Assembly (NCBI GenBank): GCA_964016885.1
Contig: OZ024740.1
Coordinates: 284,456,001 to 284,520,000, forward strand
Direction: 5' to 3'
DNA from: Eledone cirrhosa
Lineage: Eukaryota
DNA: 64,000 bases
Shown: one piece after another, positions 40,141 through 52,248 of the stretch
Position numbering within the stretch: the first letter of the stretch is position 1
How the letters are laid out: each line of letters starts with the position of its first letter
Translations under genes and position numbers: made by a program
The notes under the pieces: generated by a model
The model's database searches: none
What the model was told of the DNA's origin: nothing
Seen by the model: the letters and a program-made list of their open reading frames with translations, nothing else

Positions 40141-40632
40141 CTCAATGGGATCAGTGAAGTCATAATCAAAACATTCTTCTTCACCATTAAAAATGTTCAT
40201 TTCACGGAACTTGGCCCCAATTTCACCTTTCACAGTATGACAGGAGTAGTGATCAAAGTCACACATCTGCAGCCTCATAATATAGTTTCTTAAATGTTTT
40301 TCTTCAACGTATATAACAAATTTCTCATTGAAAACTGGACTTTCTGTTTTGTGTTTAATCTTCGTTTGAATTTCTAGATCCAATTTGTCAAATGGAAATG
40401 AGAGGGAACTTTTGCTGCGACCAAATTTAAAAATAGACCTTTGATTCCTATAGAGGCGAATACGTATGTAGTTATCAACTGGTAAAGAATTTGGATCCGA
40501 TAGAGTCAATCCATCTGCTTTAAGAATTTTAATGGTTAATCTAGCTAGATCTTTGTCATATTTCAGCTTAAAACATAGACGGCCCACTTTTTTTGCATTA
40601 GCTGATTCATTTACTTTGTTATTTTCATCCAC
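40141..40632 (-). CDS. Synaptotagmin-family protein, coding exon 3 (C2A)
   Basis: Acceptor ttgcAG, donor GTAAGA, 492 nt in phase 0/0; GRLCFKLKYD...LTIKILKADGL...QTKIKHKTESPVFNEKF...CDFDHYS..KGE. Confidence 0.93.
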
Positions 40633-40859
40633 CTGCAACAATTCCCAGAAATGTATCAATTACATAAATATACAAAAACAATAGGCATAAATATATATGT
40701 ATACATATATACGTATATAATAGAAAAAGACAAGTAAGTTTTGTTTATATATAAAAGATATTTATTGTGTATTGGTGCATTTCACAGAAGATTGGCTCAA
40801 GGTCACCCATCCATCTATCTGCTCCTCAGACTGGCGATGTGACAGCATCATCATCATGA

Positions 40860-40901
<42 letters not shown>

Positions 40902-40903
<2 letters not shown>

Positions 40904-41099
40904 CGAAGGAGGTATGGTAAGGAACCAGATGGACCCTAACGTACCAGAGTACTCAATACTTAGGGTAGTAGAGTGGATAATAGGAAAATGTTTGACCTCG
41001 ACAGCAGAGCTCAAGCCATTTCGACGGCTATTTCTGGACTGAAATAGTGAAATAGCCGTCGAAACGGCTTCAGCTCTGCCGTCGGGGTCAAACAATTTC

Positions 41100-41101
<2 letters not shown>
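40902..41101. mobile_element. Palindromic element, family C, copy 2 (tail on the left)
   Basis: Arms GGAAAATGTTTGACCTCGACAGCAGAGCT..TTTCGACGGCTATTTC / GAAATAGCCGTCGAAA..AGCTCTGCCGTCGGGGTCAAACAATTTCC; (TA)n on both sides. Confidence 0.8.
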
Positions 41102-41142
<41 letters not shown>

Positions 41143-41149
<7 letters not shown>

Positions 41150-41631
41150 AGTAAGTCAAACATGTTAAATTTTGCTTCATTTATTATAAATTCTCTGCTA
41201 TATATATTTCAATGACAGCTATTATTGGCTGTGGTCTCATCGGGCAGTATGAATTAATGTAGAAAAAACAGGTAATCATGGTGTTGAAATGTGTTCCACA
41301 TATGATTCACATGATTTCAGTTCCTCGGAGGACTAACAACACACCCAGGAGCTGGACATATCGATGAATTGACAGAGTGGAACACATTTCAACACCATGT
41401 TTACCTGTTTTTTCTACATTAATTCGTACTGCCTGATGAGGTCACAGCCAATAATAGCTGTCACTGAAATATATATAGCAGAGAATTTATAATAAATGAA
41501 GCCAAATTTAACATGCTTGACTTACTTATTTTACATTACTCTGGAGTAAACAAACCAGCCTGTGTACTTCGTCGAGTGCTCCAACCTGTATACTGAGGTG
41601 TCGGTAAACAACCAACACATACTCAAAATTT
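41143..41631. mobile_element. Palindromic hammerhead-bearing element, family D, copy 1
   Basis: Arms about 41144-41299 and 41377-41532, tail 41533-41631. Plus-strand hammerhead CTGC-CTGATGA(41433-41439)-stem II-GAAA(41466-41469)-TATATA-TA-GCAG; the minus copy has CCGATGA. Confidence 0.88.
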
Positions 41632-42242
41632 ATATATATATAACAAGCCAGAATCAGTTCCCGTCCCACCCTTGCAAGCAGGGAAAAAGTGGACGTTAAA
41701 TGAAATGATGATGAAAATGATGATATACATGTGAACATGCCAGAAAATATTAATTTCCCTGTAAATTGAAAAAAATGATAAACATCTTTAATCAATTTTC
41801 AGATTCTATTGAACCCTCATCAGAAGACATCTATATTATCCAATCTACCATACATGAAGGCCCTACTCAGTCATGAATGACCATGGTTTTGCACCTAGAA
41901 AGTTTCTCTCCGAGGCACAAGCCTGGGCAAAGTTTGTTTTGTGGAAGACCAGTAGTCGCCCATATAAACCAGTCCCTCCTCCCTCCACGTCACTGATGTT
42001 GTCCAAGGGGAAGGCAATGACAATCAACCATAAGGAAACATGTATTTGATGGGCATATATACCCATCCACTTTTAGTATTATTCTGAAATGGACATACTA
42101 ATTTGCATATAATTAACATTCATGACAGTAATTAAGTATGCAAATTTGGTTTTATATATATAGTTAATAAATGAAACAAACAAAACACAGGAGATAATTT
42201 TACAGTTATATTTGGTCTACACTTGGAGAAAGTGGAGGAGGA

Positions 42243-42276
42243 TTCAATATTTCGGACAGAAGTCCTTCTTCAGGAA
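42243..42276 (-). ncRNA. Minimal hammerhead motif in a PLE pLTR remnant
   Basis: Minus strand reads TTC-CTGAAGA-A-GGAC(TTCT)GTCC-GAAA-TA-TT-GAA. Confidence 0.6.
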
Positions 42277-43579
42277 AGTCAGATGAGGAGAGAACAGACA
42301 GACATAGGAGTAGTGTAAGAAGGTTAGGGAAGGAAGTTTTAAAAAAAATGTTGATGGGGTGAAAGAGCTGGCCGGGGAGGTTAGGGGTGGTATGGGTGTG
42401 GTTGTGTATGTCTCTCTGTGAGGTTATAGTTTTTTTTGTGTGTGTATGTGTGAGTGTCTGTGTGTGGGGGGAGCTTTTTCTGTAATTACTATGTATGTGA
42501 GTGTGTTTGATTGCGTGTGTGGGTGTATTTTGTATGTGTTGAATGAGTGTGTCTACAGGTGGGTGTGTATTGGTGATTTTTTTATGTGTGTGAGTGTGTG
42601 CATATTTGTGTGTATATGTCTGTGTTAGTGGTTGTGTATGTGATGTTTCTAATGTTTTTGAGTGTGTAATTTATCATGTGTGTGTGTGTATTTCCACATG
42701 TGTATCAAAGATTGTGTGTATGTTGTTATCACAGGTGTTGTGGTTGTGTTCGGTCAGTAGAGGGAATATAATATGTACATGTGTGTATATTTATGTATGG
42801 GTATGTCCATGTGTGTGCGTATGTTGGAGTACCAACATAAATCTGGGTAGGAAGATGATTGAATTTCAACCATTTTCCTATCCTCATCATCATCATCATC
42901 ACCTTTTTACGTCCATTCTTCCATGCTAGCATGGGTTAGACGGGTTGTCCTGTTGTGGGCAGTGTCTGGTCGGCTGACCATGCCATGCTCATACAGGAAC
43001 TGATTTGGCTTGATTTCTACAGCTGGATGCCCTTCCTAAGACCAGCCTCATTTACAGTGAGTGCTGGGTGCTTTTTCGTGGCGCCTACACGTCCACTTTA
43101 CAGTGTGGGCTGGGTGCTTTTCATGTAAAATGAAAAAGATAACATTTTGATAATTTACAATCTCAGAACTAAAGACAGTTCAGAAAGACAGGATTGGAAA
43201 TTGACACATCAATGACGCCTCGCAACACAAATTGTAAATACAATAGCTGGAAGGACCCTTTTAGGAACTCATATCCTTATCAGGCATGTAAGAAGGCAAA
43301 CATGTTTTGCCTGCAGCACATCACATAAACGTAAATTCATCTGATGGCATCGTATGCAACAAGTGCAACTACTGCACCTTGAATGCATATGGGTCACCAT
43401 AGAAATAATTATAATAAATAAACGCTTTATACAAACACAGCATCTTTCTTAATATTATTCCTATATTGAATCTCCATTGTAACTACACACTACGAATGTA
43501 GAGAGCTTTCACCTGCTTTCTCCTGTTTTTACCAAAATGGCAACCCAGCTCACACGGATAAACAAATTTTTACTGAGCG

Positions 43580-43619
<40 letters not shown>

Positions 43620-44204
43620 TACACATACATGGAGGCACATGGCTTAGTGGTTAGAGCATTGGCCTTGTAATCGAAAGGTTGTGAGTTCAATTCTCACACT
43701 AGCTGATGTGTTGTTTCCCTGAGCAAGACACTTTATTTCACATTGCTCCAGTTTACTCAGCTGTAGAAATGAGATGATAGGGACTGGGGTCCTTATCAAT
43801 CCACTGTAAAGTGGACGTGTAGGCGCCACGGGAAAAAAGCACCCAGCACTCACTGTAAATGAGGTTGGTGTTAGGAAGGGCATCCAGCTGTAGAAATCAT
43901 GCCAGAATCAGTTTCCGTCCCACCCTTGCAAGCAGGGAAAATTGGACGTAAAATGAAATGATGATGATGAAACTCATATATGTATCTGTGACTATGTCTA
44001 AATATATACATATATATCCTTATGAATTTATTCTATACTTCCTTTCGGTCGAGTAAACCTTAGGTGGTAACTAACTGCTCCTTCTAGCAGCAAACCTACC
44101 TGCCATCTGGCCTACCCTTCACACCCTTCTACTTTGAACATTGGCCACGTGATGATTCTTACCCATTTTGAATTCATTTCTGGCAGCGATCACGGTAGAA
44201 ATCT

Positions 44205-44308
44205 TAGTCCTCTTGAGGAAGTCTCTTGATAAGCTCTAAACCACATGGATAATACCAAGATTGGACATATCCACAAAGTACGAGCGAAACTATCGATAGT
44301 CAGGACTA
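44205..44308 (+). ncRNA. Type I hammerhead-like motif with long palindromic stem III and a damaged, duplicated core
   Basis: Stem I TAGTCCT/AGGACTA, core CTTGAGGA..CTTGATAA, stem II GCTC/GAGC, GAAA-CTATCGATAG-TC. Confidence 0.6.
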
Positions 44309-44698
44309 GAAGAATTTTGGTAAAGTTTATATACATTTTTTCTTCAAACTTGCTTTTTAGACTTAGCTCCGTTTAAATGATTATTTGTCTAGTTAATTTC
44401 TACGGCTAAGAAGAAAGACTAGGTAAATTTTATCTAACTGTTACTCACATACTCACAGAGATTTATCTGTTATTTTTTCAAAGTTACATTTTAAACTTAG
44501 CTCCGTTTAAATGATTATTTATCTAGTTAATTTCTACGGACTAAGGAGAAGAAAAATTTGAAATATTTTATCTGTCTGTTCTTCAAACTTATAATTATAT
44601 ATATAAATATATTCCCAGTATCACTATTATACATTTATTCAAAACCTGAATAATTTGAATGAATATGCATATATATAATAAAAGAATGGAATGTTTAC

Positions 44699-44856
44699 CT
44701 TGTTCATGGAGAGATCCATATGCTCACCAAAATTGCATTCAGAATAATCAGAGCTGTCCATCTCCTTCTGAATGTCCATAATATATGGCCGCAGTATTTT
44801 CTTCTTTTCATTTGTTTTTGAGTCAACTGATCCATAATTTGTTTCAAGATTTTTGG
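44699..44856 (-). CDS. Synaptotagmin-family protein, coding exon 2 (juxtamembrane linker)
   Basis: Polypyrimidine tract plus AG, donor GTAAAC, 158 nt in phase 1/0, open frame KNLETNYGSVDSKTNEKKKILRPYIMDIQKEMDSSDYSECNFGEHMDLSMNK. Confidence 0.8.
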
Positions 44857-45465
44857 CTTTTTGGAAAATGAAAAAAAAAATGTACATTAAAGCATTTTAA
44901 AAAGTGTTTTAAATCATTTTTGCTTCTTTTTTTGTGTATAAAAGTAAATATTTTTTTTTCTTTTTGAATATTTAGAGAAGAATGACAATGCCCATGGCCC
45001 TTTTCAAAGCTTCTGATTGGAGGAAAGGAGAAATTTTTTCATAGAATGAAATTCTAAGCAACCAAGAGTACTGTACTAAAGGTAACCAATGTCCAGCAAG
45101 GTGGTGTTAAATTAAGCAATGGTTGAGTGTCGCAAATGTCAACATTTGTGATGCTGATCTTGTATTTATAGTCAGATGTATTTTCTCTTGTTAACTATAC
45201 AGCCTAGAAGAAAGATATTTTGTTGTAGATCTGTTTGATATTTTACCACTTGAAAGAATCATGTGTTTCATCCAAGAGTGTGCAACACAATTATTTGCAT
45301 TAAGGCTTAAATTCATAGATTGTAATCTAGCACTATAACTTCAAAGTATTTGTGAAATGTTGTTAAGAGCAGGAGATAAAAGCTATTACCTAATTATAGT
45401 AATGATAGTATAATAAAATGAATGGGAAACGTTTGAAGGAAAAATTGGAAATTTCATTATATTTA

Positions 45466-45655
45466 CCTTATATACTCGAATATAAGCTGAGGAATATGTG
45501 ACCATAAAATCGATGGTAGAAGGGGGTCAGCTTATATTTGGAGTTAACATTTTGATGATTTTCATCAACTTCAAGTTCTACATAAATAAGGTTTGGTTTT
45601 TGCCCATTGCTCAGACATAAAATAGTGGGGTCGGCTTATATTTGAGTATATACAG
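45466..45655. mobile_element. Tc1/mariner-superfamily (pogo/Tc2-like) MITE
   Basis: TA-CCTTATATACTCGAATATAAGCTGA ... TCGGCTTATATTTGAGTATATACAG-TA, with an internal repeat of the GGGGTC.GCTTATATTTG motif. Confidence 0.7.
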
Positions 45656-46171
45656 TACTCGCTAATTATACTTATAGTTGGTTTTTAAATTGCTCTGCAC
45701 CTATTCATCAGACATTTATGATGTCATTAAAAGAGGGATACAGAATAAGAAACATCTTTTTCTATAACATAATAATTGTTTCTACGTTAGGCACAAGGCC
45801 AGCAATTACTCAGTGCATTACTGGTACTTTATTTTATCGACCCCGTAAGGATGAAAGGCAAAGTTAACCTTGGCGGGATTTGAACTCATAATGGCAAGGG
45901 CCATAACTCTATACGTCAAAGCATGGCGTCCAACCCTCTACCGATACTGCCAATCCACCTTTCTATAACATAATAATTATTTCTACTTTTTGGATCAAGG
46001 CCAGCAATTACCCAGTGCATTACTGGTACTTTATTTTATCGATCCCGTAAGGATGAAAGGCAAAGTCAACCTCGGTGGGATTTGAATTCAGATCGTAAAG
46101 GGACGTAACTATGCTGGAAAGCATGGCGTCTGACCCTCTACCGATACTGCCAATCCACTAATGACAACTAA

Positions 46172-46410
46172 TGTGTACAGTACTCAAGTGCGCCACAACT
46201 CATCAAAGATGCATGTATAGTACATAGAATAATGTATAAATGTCAGGTAAGTGAACAGTGTATGAGTCATGATATACACACAGATACATGTGTGCGGGTG
46301 TATGGAGGGGCAATATCAGGTGTAGTGTTAGCGAATTTCAGGAACATGGAAGTTTTGAAAGATGCAGTGTCCCAGCAGCTAACAACTGATGCAGGTAGTT
46401 TGTTCCATGT
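46172..46410 (-). mobile_element. CR1 3' UTR fragment
   Basis: Reverse-complement homolog of about 872-1090. Confidence 0.8.
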
Positions 46411-47511
46411 ATAAAAAAAAGTTTCCGAAAGCCATGGGAGCTAATATCATATCATTCAAACTAAGCACCAAAAATATACTGAAAGTGAACTCAGCTGATT
46501 ATGGCTCACAATCTTGAAATTTATGACCTTGTGATAATGTGAGAAATCATTGTTAGTATCAGTAGAGCAATTTATCAGATGTTAAAGTCCTTTATTGATG
46601 AGCCTGTGATACATATTTCAATGACGACATGGCCATGCTAATCCGCGTACCCAGTGCCATGATCTCATCAGACAGCTTCTTACATAATAAGGTTACATTG
46701 AAATTTATGACCTTGTGATAATGTGAAAAATCATTGTTAGTATCAGTAGAGCAATTTACTGAATACTTCATTGTATTTAGTAAGTAACATCTTATATGTT
46801 CTGCGTTCAAATCCTACCAGAGTTGGCTATATATTTCACTTCTCAGTGAGTCAAATAAGGAAAGCAACAGAAATATATTGAGGTTGATTCTATTTAGTGC
46901 ACCCTATCCAATAAATGAGCAGCTTTGTGCCAAAATAGGAACCATCAGAACTTGTAGAACTCCAGGTTAAAAATCTTTTGTTGGTTTGTGGGTTTAGAGT
47001 ATATACCATATACTAGTTTTGTAGGTTTAGAATATATAGCGATGTTTTCTTGGGGTTTTGTTTGTCTATTGTAAAACAAAGAAAGTATACTATGTAATAC
47101 ATACGCAGTGCCCAGGTTTTGGTTATGTAATTTCTTCATGTTTTGATCATTCCTAATGCAACTTTTATTATAGAGATTGTTTCTGTTCTTAGACCCATGT
47201 TTAGGTTATTGCTATTTCCAGATTTATAAATTTGGATAATTTATTCACTTCTTTCAGAGATACATTATCATCTGTTAGGTCTAATACTTCAATTAGGAGT
47301 TACCTCTTTCTCATGGCCTTTGACCATCATATCAAGCCTTGTACTTTGTGGTATTTATACTTTGATTTCAAATCCTACCAGGCTTAACCCTGCCTTTCAT
47401 CTCTCTAGGATCAATGAAACAATTACTGATTATATACTGAAGACAATCAACTGTACTCTTTTTCTACAAATTTCTAACTGTCTAAAAAATCTAAAGTCTG
47501 TCTCAAACTTG

Positions 47512-47750
47512 GAGGCTCATCAGGCTGATGCTTATCCCAGTTTCCATGGTGGTAAGCAACTGAGAGTATAAAACTCCCTCCTGGACAGGATGCCAGTCCG
47601 TTGCAGGGTTAAACCCCCAGCTATAGCTGGTACTCATTTTCAGCTGAGTATACTGGAACAACATAAAAATGAAGTGTTTTGCTCAAGAAATTGAACCCAC
47701 AACATTATGTTCGTAAGTCCAATACCCTTACCACTAGGCCATATGCCTCC
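47512..47750 (-). mobile_element. tRNA-headed SINE related to family 2, with a different tail
   Basis: Minus strand reads GGAGGCATATGGCCTAGTGGTAAGG...GGTTCAATT..TTGAGCAAAACACTT...GACTGGCATCCTGTCCAGG. Confidence 0.7.
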
Positions 47751-49271
47751 TCTACTAAAATTTGTAACTGTGTTGTTGTTAAAGTCAGAAATTATACTTA
47801 TTATTACTAGGAAGGAGAGCAGTGGGGGATTGACAGATACATTAGAGCATCAACTAGAATGGATCTCTGTGTTCTGAGTTCAAATACTGCTCCAGACAAC
47901 TTTGTCTTTTATTCTTCTGGGGTCAACAAAATAAAGTACCAGTTAAGTACTGGGGCTCGATATATTCTCCTTTCTCCTTTCTCGAACTGCTAGCCTCGTA
48001 CCTATGTTAGAAAGAATTATTAGGAAGGAGAATGAGAGTTGATGGTAGAATTGGTGCTATGCCAAACACAATTCTCATGTGTCATTATATTCCGAGGTTA
48101 ACTTTGCCTTTTATCCTTACGAGGTCGATAAAATAAAACACTGGTAATACACTGGGGTAATTGCTGCCCTTATGCCAAAAGTAGAAACAATTATATTCTG
48201 AGTTTAAATCCTCTCAAGTTAAATTTATCTTTTATCCTCTTGAGGAAACAACCTGACAACTGCTCAGATTAACTAAGTCAACTACACCCACTTTCCTAAT
48301 AAATCTTTGTATCAAATTTAGAAAGCCTTTATGAGGTCGTTTGACCTACTAGAAATAACAGCCAAATCTCCATCAAATCACGTCATACTATTTTAAATAA
48401 TGAATTTTAAATAATGAATTTTAAATAATGAATACACTAGAAAATGTAGTCCAACATACCATTAAAAAACCTGAATCATAGATATGCTCATTCAGGGTTA
48501 ACCAGGGGATAAATAACAACAACTAAATATATCAAGCAGTTGAGAGTTAAATGCTCTTACCAAGAGTACATGTGAGCACAAGAGATAGGATATGAGCAAA
48601 CAATACCCAATCAATTTGGCCAGTGATGGCTCTGATCATTTTATAAAGTAATTTGCTAGAATATTTTATGTTAAAAAAACATTTTAAATGCCTCTATGAG
48701 TCACAAGGAATCATTAAGCCAATCCGAAACACTGGTGTCCATAACATTAAAAAGTTGTGTTTTGCAATGAACACTAAAATGTAATCTGGAACATATACTC
48801 CAACAACTAAGTGAATGAATTCATGTAGAGCAAATTGGGCTTTTTAGAGACCCAGAGAAAAATTATACAGGGGATAGGAACAATGACTCATGAGTTGATT
48901 GTACAACTCCTCATGCATTCAGACACATTGCTTTTGTAACAATAATTATATAGTTATATAATCAATCATAGAGTAAATCAACATAAAGTGATCTTAGGTT
49001 TGTAGTAAGCAGAATTTGAAATAGAGATTTAATTTCCTGTTGAGTCAGTCCACTTAATTTACCATTTGAACCAGTAATTTTTAGTTGTAGTCAACAGCCG
49101 GGAAAAGGAAGGTCTGTGTCAAGTTGACTTGCCCTTGACACACTACATGAAAATGAAAACTTTGGGGATGAACCAACACACTATTAAGGATTAAAGCATG
49201 TCTTCATCTAAATTAACCATATATCAAATATAATAATTTTATATATCATAGCTATTTTAGTGTTTTCATAA

Positions 49272-49516
49272 TGGAACAAACTCCCTGCATCAGTTGTTAG
49301 CTGTCAAGACACTGCATCCTTTAAAACCTCCATGCTTCCTGAGATTCGCCAACACTACACCTAATATTCACCCTCCATACACACGCACACATGTATATTA
49401 TGACTCATACACTATTCACTTCCCTGACATTTGTATATTAATCTATGTACTGTACATGCACCTTTGATGAGTTGTAGTGCACCTGAGCACTGTACACAAT
49501 AATTTCATTATTATTA
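49272..49516 (+). mobile_element. CR1 3' UTR fragment
   Basis: Close match to 873-1108, including the AATAATTTCATTATTATTA end. Confidence 0.88.
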
Positions 49517-49565
49517 TATATATATATTATAAGAACAGATTAAATATTTGCTCTACAGGTTTTAT

Positions 49566-50290
49566 ATCATCATCATCATCATCATTTTACGTCCGCTTTT
49601 CCCTGCTTGCAAGGGTGGGACGGGCCCTATTCAGCACAGCATCTCTCCACGTGATACGGTCCTTCGTCATCTCCTCCATAAGCTTCAGCAATCTGAGGTC
49701 TGCTCTCACCACCTCTGCCCATGTTTTTTGTGGTCTTCCTCTACTACCTCTTCCTTCAACTGGCATTTCTTGGCACTTCTTCACCCATCAGTCATCCTCC
49801 ATGCACATCACATGTTCATACCATTGCAGTCTCTTCTCCCGCACACTTCAATTTATCCCTCTCAGAAACAGTTTCTCTCTCAACACATCTATGCTCGGTC
49901 GTTCATGCACATTGACATTGCACATCCAACGGAGCATGCTTGCCTCATTTCTCTCCAGCCGTCGCATATCCTCTGCAGTTGCTGCCCATATCTCACTACC
50001 ATGCAGCATCGCGCACCTCACACAGGCATCATATAACCGGTCTTTCGTATGCAGGGAGAAACCCTTCTTAGTCAGCAGAGAAGCAGCTCCCTAAACTTCT
50101 TCCAACCCGTCCTTATTCTAGATACTATGGCCTTGGAACACCCTCCCCCCCTCCCATGCTAATCTAATCACCTAGGTACCAGAAGCTATCAACCACTTCT
50201 ATAGCACCCACCTGCATTTGAAAAATGTGTCTATCAATGCGACTTCTACTATCAAATTTCCCTGTACATCTACTGCATACATATTTCTCC
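49566..50290 (-). mobile_element. RTE LINE 3' portion
   Basis: GRPQKTWAEVVRADL...ARPTLASREKRT on minus, with upstream FWYLGD-like and MLHGSEIW motifs; (GAT)n tail. Confidence 0.88.
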
Positions 50291-50360
50291 CTACCTGTTA
50301 TATATATATATATAATCCTTATCTAGCCCTCTTCTAATTTTAGTTTTCACATTTATTATT

Positions 50361-50418
<58 letters not shown>

Positions 50419-50419
<1 letters not shown>

Positions 50420-50700
50420 TAAGGAAAAAATTAGAAATAAGAGGGATCAGATGTTGTTTACTCGAGAGAAGGCTACGTTGGTACGGTCACGTGATGCGCA
50501 TGAAAGACGACAGCTGTATAACAAAGTGCAGGGCAATAAAGATAGACGGTAGCCACGGAGTAGGCAGACCCAGAAAAACATGGGACGAGCTGATAAATTC
50601 CGACCTCACACGCTTACACCTCTCCAAGACAATGTCACTGGACCGAGACCTTTGGCAGTACTCAGTAATAGAGAAGACCCGCCTTACCTAAATACAAAGT
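50419..50700 (+). mobile_element. RTE LINE 3' fragment (different subfamily) beginning in (TA)n
   Basis: RRLRWYGHVMRMKDDSCITKC...GRPRKTWDELINSDL. Confidence 0.85.
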
Positions 50701-51777
50701 AAAAACCTACTACAGTCAGTAGGCATCTCTATCAAAACACACCCCCGTCCCACCACCTCCACCCCACCCACACCGCCCCTTTCAATGTAAAGTTATGTTG
50801 GTCCCACAACATCCAGGCCGAAACAAATGAGATCGTGTAGGTGTCACGACAAAAAACACACAGTCCACGCTGTAAATGTGGCCGTGTAGGCAACACGGTA
50901 AAAACCTCCCAGCCCCACACTGTAAATGTGGTTGGTGTTAGGAAGGGCATCCAGCTGTAGAAAACCCGCCAGACAGTCCACGCTGTAATGTGGCCGTGTA
51001 GGCAACACGGTAAAAACCTCCCAGACCCACACTGTAAATGTGGTTGGTGTTAGGAAGGGCATCCAACTGTAGAAAACCCGCCAGACAGTCCTATGCGAGC
51101 AAGACAACCACTCTTGCCTCAAGTGGGAAAACCCCCGTCCAAACCCATGCAAGCGTGGAACACGGACGCTAAACCTGATGATGATGATGATGATGATGAT
51201 GATATATACACACACATACATACATCTTCATCATTGTTTTATGTCCATTTTCCATGCTAGCATGGACTAGATGAGCAGTCCCATTGTGAGATAAGTCAGA
51301 TCAGGTGACCGTGTCTTGCTCATACCAACCACATTTACAGTATGGACTGGGTGCTTTTTATCATGGCACCAAAACGACCAAAGTGAGAAGTTGGACTGGG
51401 TACTTTTCATCATGTCACCAGCACGACCACCTTACAAGGTGGACTGGGTACTTTTCATCATGTCACCAGCACGACCACCTTACAGGTTGGACCGGGTGCT
51501 TTTTATCATATCACCAACACACCACCTTACTGGGTGGGCTGGGTGCTTTTTGTCATGTCACCAACATATATATATATATATATATATATATGTTGCGAGA
51601 AAAACTACAAACCCTCCATCTCAATTCTACTTTTGAAAAGCACAAGAATCCATCTCAATTCTACTTTTGAAAAGCACAAGAACTGCGAAACCGGTAAAGG
51701 AACCAAATAAATATTTTAAAAAAGACTCCAGTTGCATTTTCGATTTCATCTTTTTTCCTTATATATATATATATATA

Positions 51778-52248
51778 TAAATTTTGAGTATATGTTGGTT
51801 GTATACCAACACCTCAGTATGCAGATTGGAGCACTCGACGAAGTGCGCAGGTTGGTTTGGTTACTCCGGAGTAATGTAAAATAAACTAAAATAAATAAGT
51901 CAAATATTTAAAATTTGGCTTCGTTTATTACTGCTATATATATTTCGGTGACAGCCATCTTTGGCTGTGACCTCTTCAGGCAGTCCGAATTAGTGTGGTA
52001 GAGACGAGTACACATGTTGTTGAGGTGTTTAACTTTGTCAATACTTTGACAACCCAACCAGGAACTGGGCATATCAGAGTATTGACAAAGTTAAACACCT
52101 GAACAACATGTGTACTCGTCTCTACCACACTAATTCGGACTGCCTGAAGAGGTCACAGCCAAAGATGGCTGTCACCGAAATATATATATAGCAGTAATAA
52201 ACGAAGCCAAATTTTAAATATTTGACTTATTTATTTTAGTTTATTTTA
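51778..52248. mobile_element. Palindromic hammerhead-bearing element, family D, copy 2 (both ribozyme cores intact)
   Basis: Tail 51778-51876 matches the reverse complement of 41533-41631. Near-identical arms about 51877-52049 and 52073-52248; hammerheads at 52140-52194 (+) and 51931-51983 (-): CTGC-CTGAAGA-GGTCACAGCC/GGCTGTCACC-GAAA-(TA)n-GCAG. Confidence 0.9.

Noticed and set aside
46945-47290. Possible PLE RT remnant (IYSKPT twice on the minus strand)
   Set aside because: The motif is too short and the flanks too degenerate to call.
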